From: Candidatus Doudnabacteria bacterium RIFCSPHIGHO2_02_FULL_42_25
GTDB lineage: Bacteria > Patescibacteriota > Doudnabacteria > UBA920 > O2-02-FULL-48-8
Assembly (NCBI GenBank): GCA_001777665.1
Contig: MFEQ01000004.1
Location: 64,679-128,678 of the forward strand
Length of the DNA stretch: 64,000 bases
Reading direction: 5' to 3'
Positions 9,749-18,020 of this stretch are shown here, one piece after another. Each line of letters opens with the position of its first letter. Position 1 is the stretch's first letter. The notes under the pieces are model-generated. The model did not search any database. It had not been told where the DNA came from and saw nothing but the letters and a program-made list of their open reading frames with translations. The position numbers were made by a program, and so were the translations under genes.

Positions 9749-10744
9749 CTAATTGTTAAGTAATTCCTTCGCTTTGGCCCACATACCCCAATCATTATTG
9801 CGTTTGGCCATCCAATACCACCATTCGACCCCCCATAAATAGTTATCCACAAGCCCGACGCTTGAAGCGTAATCTATGTGCTCCTGGAAAATCTTTGGGT
9901 TCATCAGGGTTTTTTGGGTTTCGACATCAGTATTGAGCACACCAGAAAGCAACCAGGGTTCGGCCTGTAATTCAATTCCTACAATTGGAGTCTGGTGAAA
10001 TTTCTGCAAAAAACCAGCTCTGATTTTATAAAACCACGGCCCAATAGGATACTTATAATATCCAAGTTTATCATTATAAACCAACCGATACATGGTTACT
10101 CCTAAAATATCTGCTCCCGAACCCGCAGTATAATTCCAGTTACCTTGTTCACCGCTGTCAGTAAGTATGATCGGTCTGGAATCCAAACTTCTGAGTATCT
10201 CAATCTCTTTCCTCAAACTCTCACGAGTTTGCTTCGGGCAATCAATGCCAAATACAAAATAGGGTTCATTTTCAACTTGCCAGTATTTAATTGCTGAAAA
10301 GTTCCGAAAGTGTTCCACTGTTTTTTGAATCATGTTTAAAAGCGCTTGATCTTTTTTATCTTCATCTAAATTTTTATACCAATCTGGGTAATGGCACTCG
10401 GGCCAGCGCGGCTGTTTCTGCCCGATGACCAAAATCACCTCGACTCCACGATTGGAAGCTTCAGTTAACATCTCATCGATTAGTGCAAAGTCAAACTGTC
10501 CCTGATTTTTTTCAGTTTCGTTCCAATAAGTCATTAATCGGATTTTTTTTGGTTTCAAATCAGTAAGCATATCCAAATAGACCTGTTTCGAATCGAATCC
10601 CAGCGAGGCTGCCACGGTATGCGAAAAAGTTATGCCAAATTCAGGATTAGCAACCGGTTTAAATTGCAAATAAAAATAAAGAACTACACCTATCATTAGC
10701 CCGACAACAATTATTCCTAAACGAAAAGGAGATATAAGCCGCAT
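9749..10744 (-). CDS. membrane-anchored TIM-barrel glycoside hydrolase (GH5/GH42-like)
   Basis: N-terminal TM helix, WQVENEP catalytic-acid-like motif, GH clan-A pattern. Confidence 0.5.
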   Translation of the reverse strand: MRLISPFRLGIIVVGLMIGVVLYFYLQFKPVANPEFGITFSHTVAASLGFDSKQVYLDMLTDLKPKKIRLMTYWNETEKNQGQFDFALIDEMLTEASNRGVEVILVIGQKQPRWPECHYPDWYKNLDEDKKDQALLNMIQKTVEHFRNFSAIKYWQVENEPYFVFGIDCPKQTRESLRKEIEILRSLDSRPIILTDSGEQGNWNYTAGSGADILGVTMYRLVYNDKLGYYKYPIGPWFYKIRAGFLQKFHQTPIVGIELQAEPWLLSGVLNTDVETQKTLMNPKIFQEHIDYASSVGLVDNYLWGVEWWYWMAKRNNDWGMWAKAKELLNN

Positions 10745-11610
10745 GAAATAGTTCCAATTGCTATCAATTTCAAAGTTATTATTTCAGAAGAAATTTTTTC
10801 TTTCAAAACTTTCGGGAAATATAGCGAAAAAAAGCTTGTTAGTATCAACAAAAATACAAATTGTAAACCTTGCAATGCATTCACGACACTTACACTGCCC
10901 AATGATACTGCGTAATTTTGCAAAAAACCGCCAACAGTTCCAGTTGCCCGAGACGAATAATATAAAGCCACGTTTTTTACTCCAGCTTCTTTCGGGGCGC
11001 TAAAAATCGCCGACCGGTTTTTGGCTGACATCAAAATAAATGGGATCGGGAGTAGAAACCCGAGCCTGGTCCAGATCATACCTGAAATAAAGTTACTGTG
11101 ATCAAAAATATACTTAGTCAGTACCGAGGCGGTAGCGAAAAAGAAAGCCGCTGAAATCGCATTGAACAATGCTTTCAATGTCCAAACTCCGTGTTCTTTT
11201 TTTAAAGAGATCATTACTGCCCCCGCAACCAGGAATATAAATCCTATAGTTTGAAAAGTACTTAGACGTTCATTGAGCATAAAAAAGGCCATTCCAAAAG
11301 AAAATAAAGGCACAAATCCTCCTAAAATCGGCACAACCCTGGAAACCGAAGTTAAACTAATCGCCGCATATGTATGATATATAGCCCCGATAAATGCGGC
11401 CCCGGCAATAAGCGCAATAATGAATCCTTGAAGATTTAACATCTGTGCCCCAAACGGGAGAAGTAACAAGGAAAACGGCCCGGTGATGGCAGTGTAGAAT
11501 GCATAGGCAATTGGCGCCTTCACAACTTTTGAAACTAAAAATTTATCGGCGATCCCTGTGAAGGCCAGAAGAAAATACGCACCAGCTGCAATCAGAATCC
11601 AACTAACCAA
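10717..11610 (-). CDS. EamA/DMT-superfamily transporter
   Basis: 10-TM duplicated EamA-like topology, 297 aa. Confidence 0.55.
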   Translation of the reverse strand: MVSWILIAAGAYFLLAFTGIADKFLVSKVVKAPIAYAFYTAITGPFSLLLLPFGAQMLNLQGFIIALIAGAAFIGAIYHTYAAISLTSVSRVVPILGGFVPLFSFGMAFFMLNERLSTFQTIGFIFLVAGAVMISLKKEHGVWTLKALFNAISAAFFFATASVLTKYIFDHSNFISGMIWTRLGFLLPIPFILMSAKNRSAIFSAPKEAGVKNVALYYSSRATGTVGGFLQNYAVSLGSVSVVNALQGLQFVFLLILTSFFSLYFPKVLKEKISSEIITLKLIAIGTISCGLYLLFV

Positions 11611-12847
11611 TTTGCACCTCCTTCAAGACATCCGCGCTTTTTCTAATTTTTCGCGTTTGCGTCGCATAATCAATTTCCACTAATCCAAATCTCGGGCCAT
11701 ATCCCTCGGTCCACTCATAATTATCAGTCAGCGCCCAGTAACAATACCCTCGGACATCGGCTCCATCAGCGATGGCGTTTGCCACAGCTTGTAAACTATC
11801 TCGAATAAATTTTGGCCTTCGACTATCCACAGCATCTGCAATCCCGTTTTCTGTGACGTAAATTGGTTTTTTATACCACTTGAGATCCTTCAATAAGCGA
11901 TGTAATCCTTCCGGATATAAGACCCATCCCATATCCGATCTTTTATTCTGGTCAGTCAGCTTCATCTGTCCTTTATTAAAATTTTTATTCATTTCTTCGT
12001 AGCCCCGGCGCCAGCTCAATCTAACTTTGTTGTGAAAGTAATAATTAACCCCGATAAAATCCAATTGTTTCTGAATTTTCTCCAAGACATAATGATTGCT
12101 AATACTGTCAGCAAAATACGACAAAATTTTATCCAAAATATTATTTTTTCTATATGGTTGGTAGAATGAACTATTTTTAGCAATCCCAATTTTTGCTTTG
12201 GGTATAGTTCGTTTGATAGCTTTATATGCTGACTTATGTGCTGCAATTAAGTTTCTGATCACAATCCAAGTTTGGATTAAATTTTTTTTAAATGGCGGAT
12301 GCGATCCTTTTTGATGCGATAATCCGGCGTAGATTTCAGGTTCATTTAATGTAATCCAAAGATCGATGTCTTTTCCTAGATTCTGCGCCACAAACCAAGA
12401 ATAACGAGCAAAAGCTTCGACTCCAACATTTGTTTCAAACCCGCCTTTCGCAGCCAGCCACTGCGGCAAGGTCCAGTGCCAGAGAGTGACCATCCGAGTT
12501 AATCCATGATCTTTCATGGATTTTAAAACTTTTTTGTAATGCTCGATAGCGGCTGAATCCCACCGACCTTCTTCTGGTTCTATTCTCGCCCATTCAATCG
12601 AGATCCGCATGGCGTTCAAACCAATCTGTTCGGCTATGCCAAAATCTTCATCATATCTGTGGTAATGATCAGTAGCGATACCAGATTTAGGAACCTGTCC
12701 CAGTTGTTCCTCATGCCACCAATCCGAATTGATGTTGTTACCTTCCACCTGGTGTGCCGACAAGGCTGCTCCCAGCAAAAACCCTGTGGGGAAATGAATC
12801 TTTGTCTGCACTTTTTCCTTGGTTTTGATTTCAACTAATAACGCCAT
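11603..12847 (-). CDS. glycoside hydrolase family 1 beta-glucosidase
   Basis: GH1 N-terminal signature FLLGAALSAHQVEGNN, TLNEP acid/base, YVTENG nucleophile motif. Confidence 0.85.
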   Translation of the reverse strand: MALLVEIKTKEKVQTKIHFPTGFLLGAALSAHQVEGNNINSDWWHEEQLGQVPKSGIATDHYHRYDEDFGIAEQIGLNAMRISIEWARIEPEEGRWDSAAIEHYKKVLKSMKDHGLTRMVTLWHWTLPQWLAAKGGFETNVGVEAFARYSWFVAQNLGKDIDLWITLNEPEIYAGLSHQKGSHPPFKKNLIQTWIVIRNLIAAHKSAYKAIKRTIPKAKIGIAKNSSFYQPYRKNNILDKILSYFADSISNHYVLEKIQKQLDFIGVNYYFHNKVRLSWRRGYEEMNKNFNKGQMKLTDQNKRSDMGWVLYPEGLHRLLKDLKWYKKPIYVTENGIADAVDSRRPKFIRDSLQAVANAIADGADVRGYCYWALTDNYEWTEGYGPRFGLVEIDYATQTRKIRKSADVLKEVQIG

Positions 12848-12941
12848 ATTTCTTACATTATAGCAAGTTTTTATCTTATTTGCGTTTTATCAAATATGTA
12901 TTATATTAATGACGTAACCAATAAGTTGAAAGGACTAAGAA

Positions 12942-13919
12942 ATGAGAAGATATCTTGCTATAACCTTGGTTTTACTGGGTGTTTTCGTGTTCGTTCCACA
13001 GGCAGAAGCCCAAGGCTTGGTCTTAAGCCAATATTCTGTAAATGTGAATATGGGGCAGTCGCAAACGATAACAGTGACCACACCAGCTGGCCAAATTCCA
13101 AATTTAATCTCTCTGACCAATGGTACAGTGGCTTATGCTACCGTTAATAGCTATCAAATTACGATTTATGGACTCAACAACGGTAGTACGCAGATGACTT
13201 TTTGTACTTATGATAATTCTTGTGCTTCAGTAAGCGTTACAGTTGGTGGAGGTAATACAAATACTTATGGCCAGATTACATTTAGCCAAAATAATCCAAT
13301 CCTGACGGTGGGTCAATCGACGACTGTGAATATTTTTTCCAACATTAGCAATCCCAGTTACTACATCCAAAATAACACCAACTCGGGAATTGTATCCGCT
13401 TCACTCAATGGCTCTACACTATTCATCACAGCACTCAATACAGGTAGCACAAACGTAGTGATCTGTTCTAATAACATTAGCAGATGTGAAAGTGTATTCG
13501 TCATGGTCAGGACTTCGGGAAGTATTGCAGGGGCTTTAGTTTATAACAACGGCACACTGATCAATGACTACGGGACTATCTACATTACTTACAAGAATTC
13601 TAAAAGCGGCTTTACCTCGGCTCAAGCATTCACAAGCCTTGGCTACAAATGGGCAAATATCATTTCAGGCTCTACTGGCAATATTCCACATTCCGGTTAC
13701 AATATTTCTTCTGCTTCTGTAGCGCATCCTTGGGGATCCTGGATTAATAATGCCGGAACGATCTATTTCGTTCATGATTCTGGATTGATCCCAATCCCGA
13801 GCATGGGTATTTTCACCAGTAACGGTGGCGTGCTCAAAAGTGTCGTCGAAGCAAACAGCTACGACTTCAACAGACCAGTCCTGGCCCAAATGGACAACAA
13901 CGACTGGCGATTGAAATAA
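12942..13919 (+). CDS. secreted protein with tandem Ig-like (Big_2-like) repeats
   Basis: Signal peptide MRRYLAITLVLLGVFVFVPQAEA, three about 85-aa repeats. Confidence 0.5.
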   Translation: MRRYLAITLVLLGVFVFVPQAEAQGLVLSQYSVNVNMGQSQTITVTTPAGQIPNLISLTNGTVAYATVNSYQITIYGLNNGSTQMTFCTYDNSCASVSVTVGGGNTNTYGQITFSQNNPILTVGQSTTVNIFSNISNPSYYIQNNTNSGIVSASLNGSTLFITALNTGSTNVVICSNNISRCESVFVMVRTSGSIAGALVYNNGTLINDYGTIYITYKNSKSGFTSAQAFTSLGYKWANIISGSTGNIPHSGYNISSASVAHPWGSWINNAGTIYFVHDSGLIPIPSMGIFTSNGGVLKSVVEANSYDFNRPVLAQMDNNDWRLK

Positions 13920-14015
13920 ACTAAAATAAAAAGAACCGCTAGTTTTACCCAGCGGCGTGAATGTATGGTCGGCGCATACTGATTGTTTGCGCCGACCATT
14001 TCGTGAGGTCCTGTG

Positions 14016-14570
14016 CTACAGCAGGATATGGCAGGCGTCGACTTTGACCGACGACTCCGTGATCTCCTTCACCAGGAACAGGCCGTACTTGCCGGATTCC
14101 GTTGTCACGGCAAGGATCGTTCCCGGCGTCAGCGTCACGATCTGGTCGTTTCTCGAGATCGCGACACGAGCAACGCGTGCCAGCGCTGACCCATCCTTGA
14201 GCTCGCGGAGCTGTTGGAAGGTTTGCTCGGAAATACCCGCCGACGAAATCCATGTCTGGTTGAGCGCCCCGGCGACGACGCGGTCGTCCAGCAACTGGAG
14301 AGAAAGCAGCGCCTTGGGCGAGCAGACGCGCACGCCGTTGCCGAACACGAACGTCAGGTCAATCTCGTTGGCGTTCTGCTCCGCATCGTTGATCGGCCGG
14401 CTCTTGTTAGCCTTGCATTTCATCAGGTAGCACAAGGGCCTTTCACCGGTGAACTCGGCGCTGTAACGGTAAAACACCCCTCGCTCCGACGGAATCACCG
14501 GCTCTGACACCGGATTGGATAGATCTTGCGTTGACTGGTCTCTTGGCTCGACTTGCACGATACACCCTCC
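14016..14570 (-). CDS. hypothetical protein encoded in a GC-rich island
   Basis: GTG start near 14568 with AAGGAGGGTG SD; local GC about 55-58% against AT-rich surroundings; no family recognised. Confidence 0.4.
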   Translation of the reverse strand, partial: GGCIVQVEPRDQSTQDLSNPVSEPVIPSERGVFYRYSAEFTGERPLCYLMKCKANKSRPINDAEQNANEIDLTFVFGNGVRVCSPKALLSLQLLDDRVVAGALNQTWISSAGISEQTFQQLRELKDGSALARVARVAISRNDQIVTLTPGTILAVTTESGKYGLFLVKEITESSVKVDACHILL

Positions 14571-14691
14571 TTTGGGCTTCGCTGATTTACTGCGGTTAAA
14601 CTGAAAACTAGGGACACACTGAAGTGCCCCTAGTTTACCAAGTATCGGTAGGGCTTGCAACTAGCATATTTTAAACAATTTCGAATCCTAT

Positions 14692-14808
14692 TTAGTCCGC
14701 TGTGTGTTCGATTTTATCCCCAGCTTTTTTAAGGCCGTCTTTTACTTTTTCTTTCGTTTTCTCGTAGCCTTTCTCAATTTTTTCATCAAGATCACTAAAT
14801 GAACCCAT
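14692..14808 (-). CDS. small CsbD-like stress protein (38 aa)
   Basis: MGSFSDLDEKIEKGYEKTKEKVKDGLKKAGDKIEHTAD resembles CsbD/YjbJ-type small proteins; GAAAGGA SD; not in ORF track (<60 aa). Confidence 0.4.
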   Translation of the reverse strand: MGSFSDLDEKIEKGYEKTKEKVKDGLKKAGDKIEHTAD

Positions 14809-14818
14809 GGAATCCTTT

Positions 14819-14838
14819 CCTGCCTGCCGGCAGGCAGG
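14819..14838. repeat. perfect 20-bp palindrome CCTGCCTGCCGGCAGGCAGG (copy 1)
   Basis: Identical palindrome at 29607-29626 and 32015-32034; variant at 35660-35679. Confidence 0.9.
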
Positions 14839-14905
14839 CGTTAATGATGTAAAAGGATTCTATCATTTCAGGCAATTTAGAGAATTGGTATTTAGTCCAA
14901 TGTGA

Positions 14906-16339
14906 TTACCCAACCTCCAAAGAATCCAGAATTGCTTGATTGGTATCAGGAGTATACTTTTTAAGCGGCACTAGATTCTGTCCCCATGCTGTCATGATCG
15001 GATCTATAAATGCCCACATTGCCTTAACTTCAGCGGTTGATACAAACAAAGTTTGATCTCCAACTATACAATCCAGCAATAGTTTTTCGTATTCTTCGAC
15101 ATACTGCACTCGTTGAGCTGAATCACGCAAAATAAAATCAATCGTTCGTGACTCTTTTACCAAAGTAAGCCCGGGTTTCTTTGACCAAAACTCGATTGCA
15201 ATGCCTTCAGTAGGTTCCAGCGAAAAAGTAATCTTATTTTTATAATGTATTCCGCCTGGCGGGCAAAAGCATTCCTTGGGATGTGCGTAAGTGACTATTA
15301 TTTCCTTTCTCTGTTCGTGCATCCGTTTACCGCTTTCGAAAATAACTGGCACGTCTTTCCACCGAGGATCGGTAAGTGTGCCTTTAATCTTAAAATACGT
15401 CTCTGTATTAGAATTCGGGGGAACGAAGGCGATTGTCTGGTATCCCTCATACTGTGCTCGATAAGTTTGTGATTTTATTTCCTCCTGTGTCAAAAGCTTT
15501 AAATTGTTTAAAAGTTGGGCTCTTCTTAAATGGAGAGCGCTAGCTTGAAAGTCTAAAGGGTAATTCATTGTGATAAACGCCAGCATCTGCAACAGATGGT
15601 TTTGTCCCACATCTCTAAGCGCTCCCACACCATCATAAAAACTTCCTCTATGCTCCACTCCCAATGTCTCCCACAGTCTGATCTCGATTTTTTCTATAAA
15701 ATCCTTGTTCCAGGTCTTTTCAAAAATATCATTTGAAAACCGAAAGGTTAAAATATTTTGCACCATTTCTTTAGCCAGATAATGGTCAATCCTATAAATC
15801 TTGTTTTCTGCAAATAGATTTCCTAAAAGACTATCGAGTTTTTCAGCGGTCTCGGAATTTTTGCCAAATGGCTTCTCCACCAAAATTCTGGTTTCTACAT
15901 CTGTATTTTCGGGTCGGTCGCTTAGCCCCGAAAATTTCAACTGTTCGAAGATACTCTGATAAACATCCGGAGGCACGGCCAGATAGAACAGCCTGTTGGT
16001 TTTTGCTTGCCACGGCTCTTGGATTTTATCCAATAATTCTTTCAACGCTTCATACGATTCTTTTGATTCAAACAAACCGTGCTGGTACGAAAACAGTTTT
16101 GAAAATTCTTCAACCCTTTTTAGATCCGCATTTTGGATTTTGGCTCGGATCATTTCTGAGACAAAAGATTGAATGCTTTTGTCATCGAATGGTTTGCGCC
16201 CGAACCCCACGATCCGGAATTTTTCCGGAAGAGCATTTTTTAAATACAAGTTAAAAAGCGCTGGTGCTATTTTCTTTGCAGTTAAATCTCCAGTGATACC
16301 CAGGATTATTAAAATAGTTGGTGTGTGCTTGTCTGTCAT
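14906..16339 (-). CDS. zwf: glucose-6-phosphate 1-dehydrogenase
   Basis: Rossmann GITGDLTAKK, RIDHYLAKE (G6PD signature variant), EKPFG; start set to MTDKHTP (the track's 17 extra N-terminal codons run through the GC-rich hairpin leader). Confidence 0.85.
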   Translation of the reverse strand: MTDKHTPTILIILGITGDLTAKKIAPALFNLYLKNALPEKFRIVGFGRKPFDDKSIQSFVSEMIRAKIQNADLKRVEEFSKLFSYQHGLFESKESYEALKELLDKIQEPWQAKTNRLFYLAVPPDVYQSIFEQLKFSGLSDRPENTDVETRILVEKPFGKNSETAEKLDSLLGNLFAENKIYRIDHYLAKEMVQNILTFRFSNDIFEKTWNKDFIEKIEIRLWETLGVEHRGSFYDGVGALRDVGQNHLLQMLAFITMNYPLDFQASALHLRRAQLLNNLKLLTQEEIKSQTYRAQYEGYQTIAFVPPNSNTETYFKIKGTLTDPRWKDVPVIFESGKRMHEQRKEIIVTYAHPKECFCPPGGIHYKNKITFSLEPTEGIAIEFWSKKPGLTLVKESRTIDFILRDSAQRVQYVEEYEKLLLDCIVGDQTLFVSTAEVKAMWAFIDPIMTAWGQNLVPLKKYTPDTNQAILDSLEVG

Positions 16340-16342
16340 TAT

Positions 16343-16392
16343 TGGCAGCCCCACGGGGAATCGGACCCCGATTTGGTGGATGAGAACCACCT
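16343..16392. repeat. GC-rich triple-hairpin leader (CCCCACGGGG / CGGGGAATCGGACCCCG / GGTGGATGAGAACCACC)
   Basis: Seen directly; resembles the family-3 CCCCGGA..TCCGGGG hairpins. Confidence 0.6.
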
Positions 16393-16608
16393 GTCCTAAC
16401 CATTAGACGATAGGGCCTTGTTTAAACATAATTATAGTTTAATTGTTTTTAAAAATAAAGTCTCAAAGTTGACTCTATGTGTCGTCATCGACTACAGTAT
16501 ATGTAATTACAATGCTTGGTTTTACAGTGTAAAACTGATCCCTTCAGCCGGAAACTGCAGGATTGGGCGGCCGGAAACCGACACTAATCAAGCGTGTAAG
16601 GAGGGTTT

Positions 16609-17193
16609 ATGTTTTTCGGAAACAGCGGTCAGATTATCAGCATGTCTCATCACCTAACGCTTCCAGCGCAGTTCCGCCCTCAAAGACGTGAAGTGTTCTT
16701 CTGGTGGAGAATGCGCGTTCTCCTCCTATGGGGGATCATTGCTTTGAGTCTCGCAGGAATCTGGTGGTTCGGCCTAACAGGGCTGGAACCTGCCTTCGTA
16801 TTCACTGCAGCTTTTATGTATTCGTTGATCGATTGGCGGATATCAAAAGTTGTGGTTCTTCAACAGGCTGATCATCGTCTGGAACGATATAACCGGATGC
16901 TGAAATTGCTGGGTAACTGGAGTCCCGCTGGCTATGTCGACGCGAGGCAGACTGTAGACTATCCGACTGATCCCTGCAAATCAGCTGAATCCCTACTTTA
17001 CGAACTTGCTGCTGTGCGTCGGAATCTGGAAAAGGAGTGGGTCCAAACACCGTACGAAGAAAGAACGGAAGCTCACGACCACAATCTCTGGAGGTCACGA
17101 GAACGACTCAAAGAAGCGTACGACCTATTCCTCGAGTTCGGGCTCATTAAACCGACCGGTTACCAGAAATACTTCGATAAACCAGCGGCTTAG
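16609..17193 (+). CDS. hypothetical membrane protein in a GC-rich island
   Basis: TAAGGAGGG SD, GC about 50%, two TM helices; no family recognised. Confidence 0.4.
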   Translation: MFFGNSGQIISMSHHLTLPAQFRPQRREVFFWWRMRVLLLWGIIALSLAGIWWFGLTGLEPAFVFTAAFMYSLIDWRISKVVVLQQADHRLERYNRMLKLLGNWSPAGYVDARQTVDYPTDPCKSAESLLYELAAVRRNLEKEWVQTPYEERTEAHDHNLWRSRERLKEAYDLFLEFGLIKPTGYQKYFDKPAA

Positions 17194-17240
17194 TCACTAG
17201 CCGCTGTACCCGCCGACCGGTTCTCGGCGATTTTTTTAAA

Positions 17241-17276
17241 CAAAAAACCCGACCTTATGATCGGGCGTTTTTGTAT
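17241..17276. terminator. bidirectional rho-independent terminator (CCCGACC-TTATGA-TCGGG flanked by A/T runs)
   Basis: Hairpin with U-runs on both strands between convergent genes. Confidence 0.65.
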
Positions 17277-17295
17277 AACTTACTTGGAAGCAGAG

Positions 17296-17955
17296 TTATC
17301 TAAATAAATTTACGATTTTCGCGATCAGGACACCTGCTTGGGTTTTGAATTTCACCCATCCAGAATCACCGACTTGGACATCAGCCATAGTTTTCACTTC
17401 ACCATTGATTTTGACTTTCGTGTCGTCATTAACAGTCAAAGTTTGAGTGGTGTTAGTTAAACTATTCTTAATCGTAATGGAGTTATCAGTCTTCGCTGTA
17501 ACTTCGCCAAACGCCTTGGCTTTCCTGCGAGCTTGTTCTTCAGTTTTCTTATCGACATTGATGTGAACACTGGTCGCAGTGAGAGTAGTTCCACTAACTG
17601 TACCGATAGCAATTACTTTGTCTCCCACAGCGATATCAGCGAGTGTGGAAACTTTGTTGTTGCTGGTAAATTTCGTATCAGCATTTACATTAACTGTCGC
17701 CAAACTATTTACTAGATTTGGGACATTGGCTGTAGTTTTGGCTGTAATCACCAAACTTCCTGAAGTCTTCGATGAAACTGTGCCTAAAACTACAAACTTC
17801 GAATTATCAAGATTGGCATCTAAGAAATGGTCCAATCGAACTCCGAGTTTTGCTCCATGTCTGTTTTCGTTTTCGCCTCCATCATGTGCGAATGCTGGCA
17901 GTGCTACAGCAGCAACAACAGCCGCAATCGAAAAAGCAACTATATACTTTTTCAT
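17296..17955 (-). CDS. secreted repeat protein, unknown function
   Basis: Signal peptide, two internal repeats (VGDKVIAIGTVSG / VGDSGWVKFK). Confidence 0.45.
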   Translation of the reverse strand: MKKYIVAFSIAAVVAAVALPAFAHDGGENENRHGAKLGVRLDHFLDANLDNSKFVVLGTVSSKTSGSLVITAKTTANVPNLVNSLATVNVNADTKFTSNNKVSTLADIAVGDKVIAIGTVSGTTLTATSVHINVDKKTEEQARRKAKAFGEVTAKTDNSITIKNSLTNTTQTLTVNDDTKVKINGEVKTMADVQVGDSGWVKFKTQAGVLIAKIVNLFR

Positions 17956-18020
17956 GGGTTTTATTCCTTTCTTCCCTCAAATATATTGAACGAAGAAAGA
18001 AAGGTTGTGTTACCACACAT

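Noticed and set aside
13945-14507. Overlapping ORFs 13945-14253(-), 13957-14430(+) and 14214-14507(+) in the GC-rich island
   Set aside because: High GC suppresses stop codons in all frames. Only the minus-strand frame with the AAGGAGGGTG-GTG start has translation signals.
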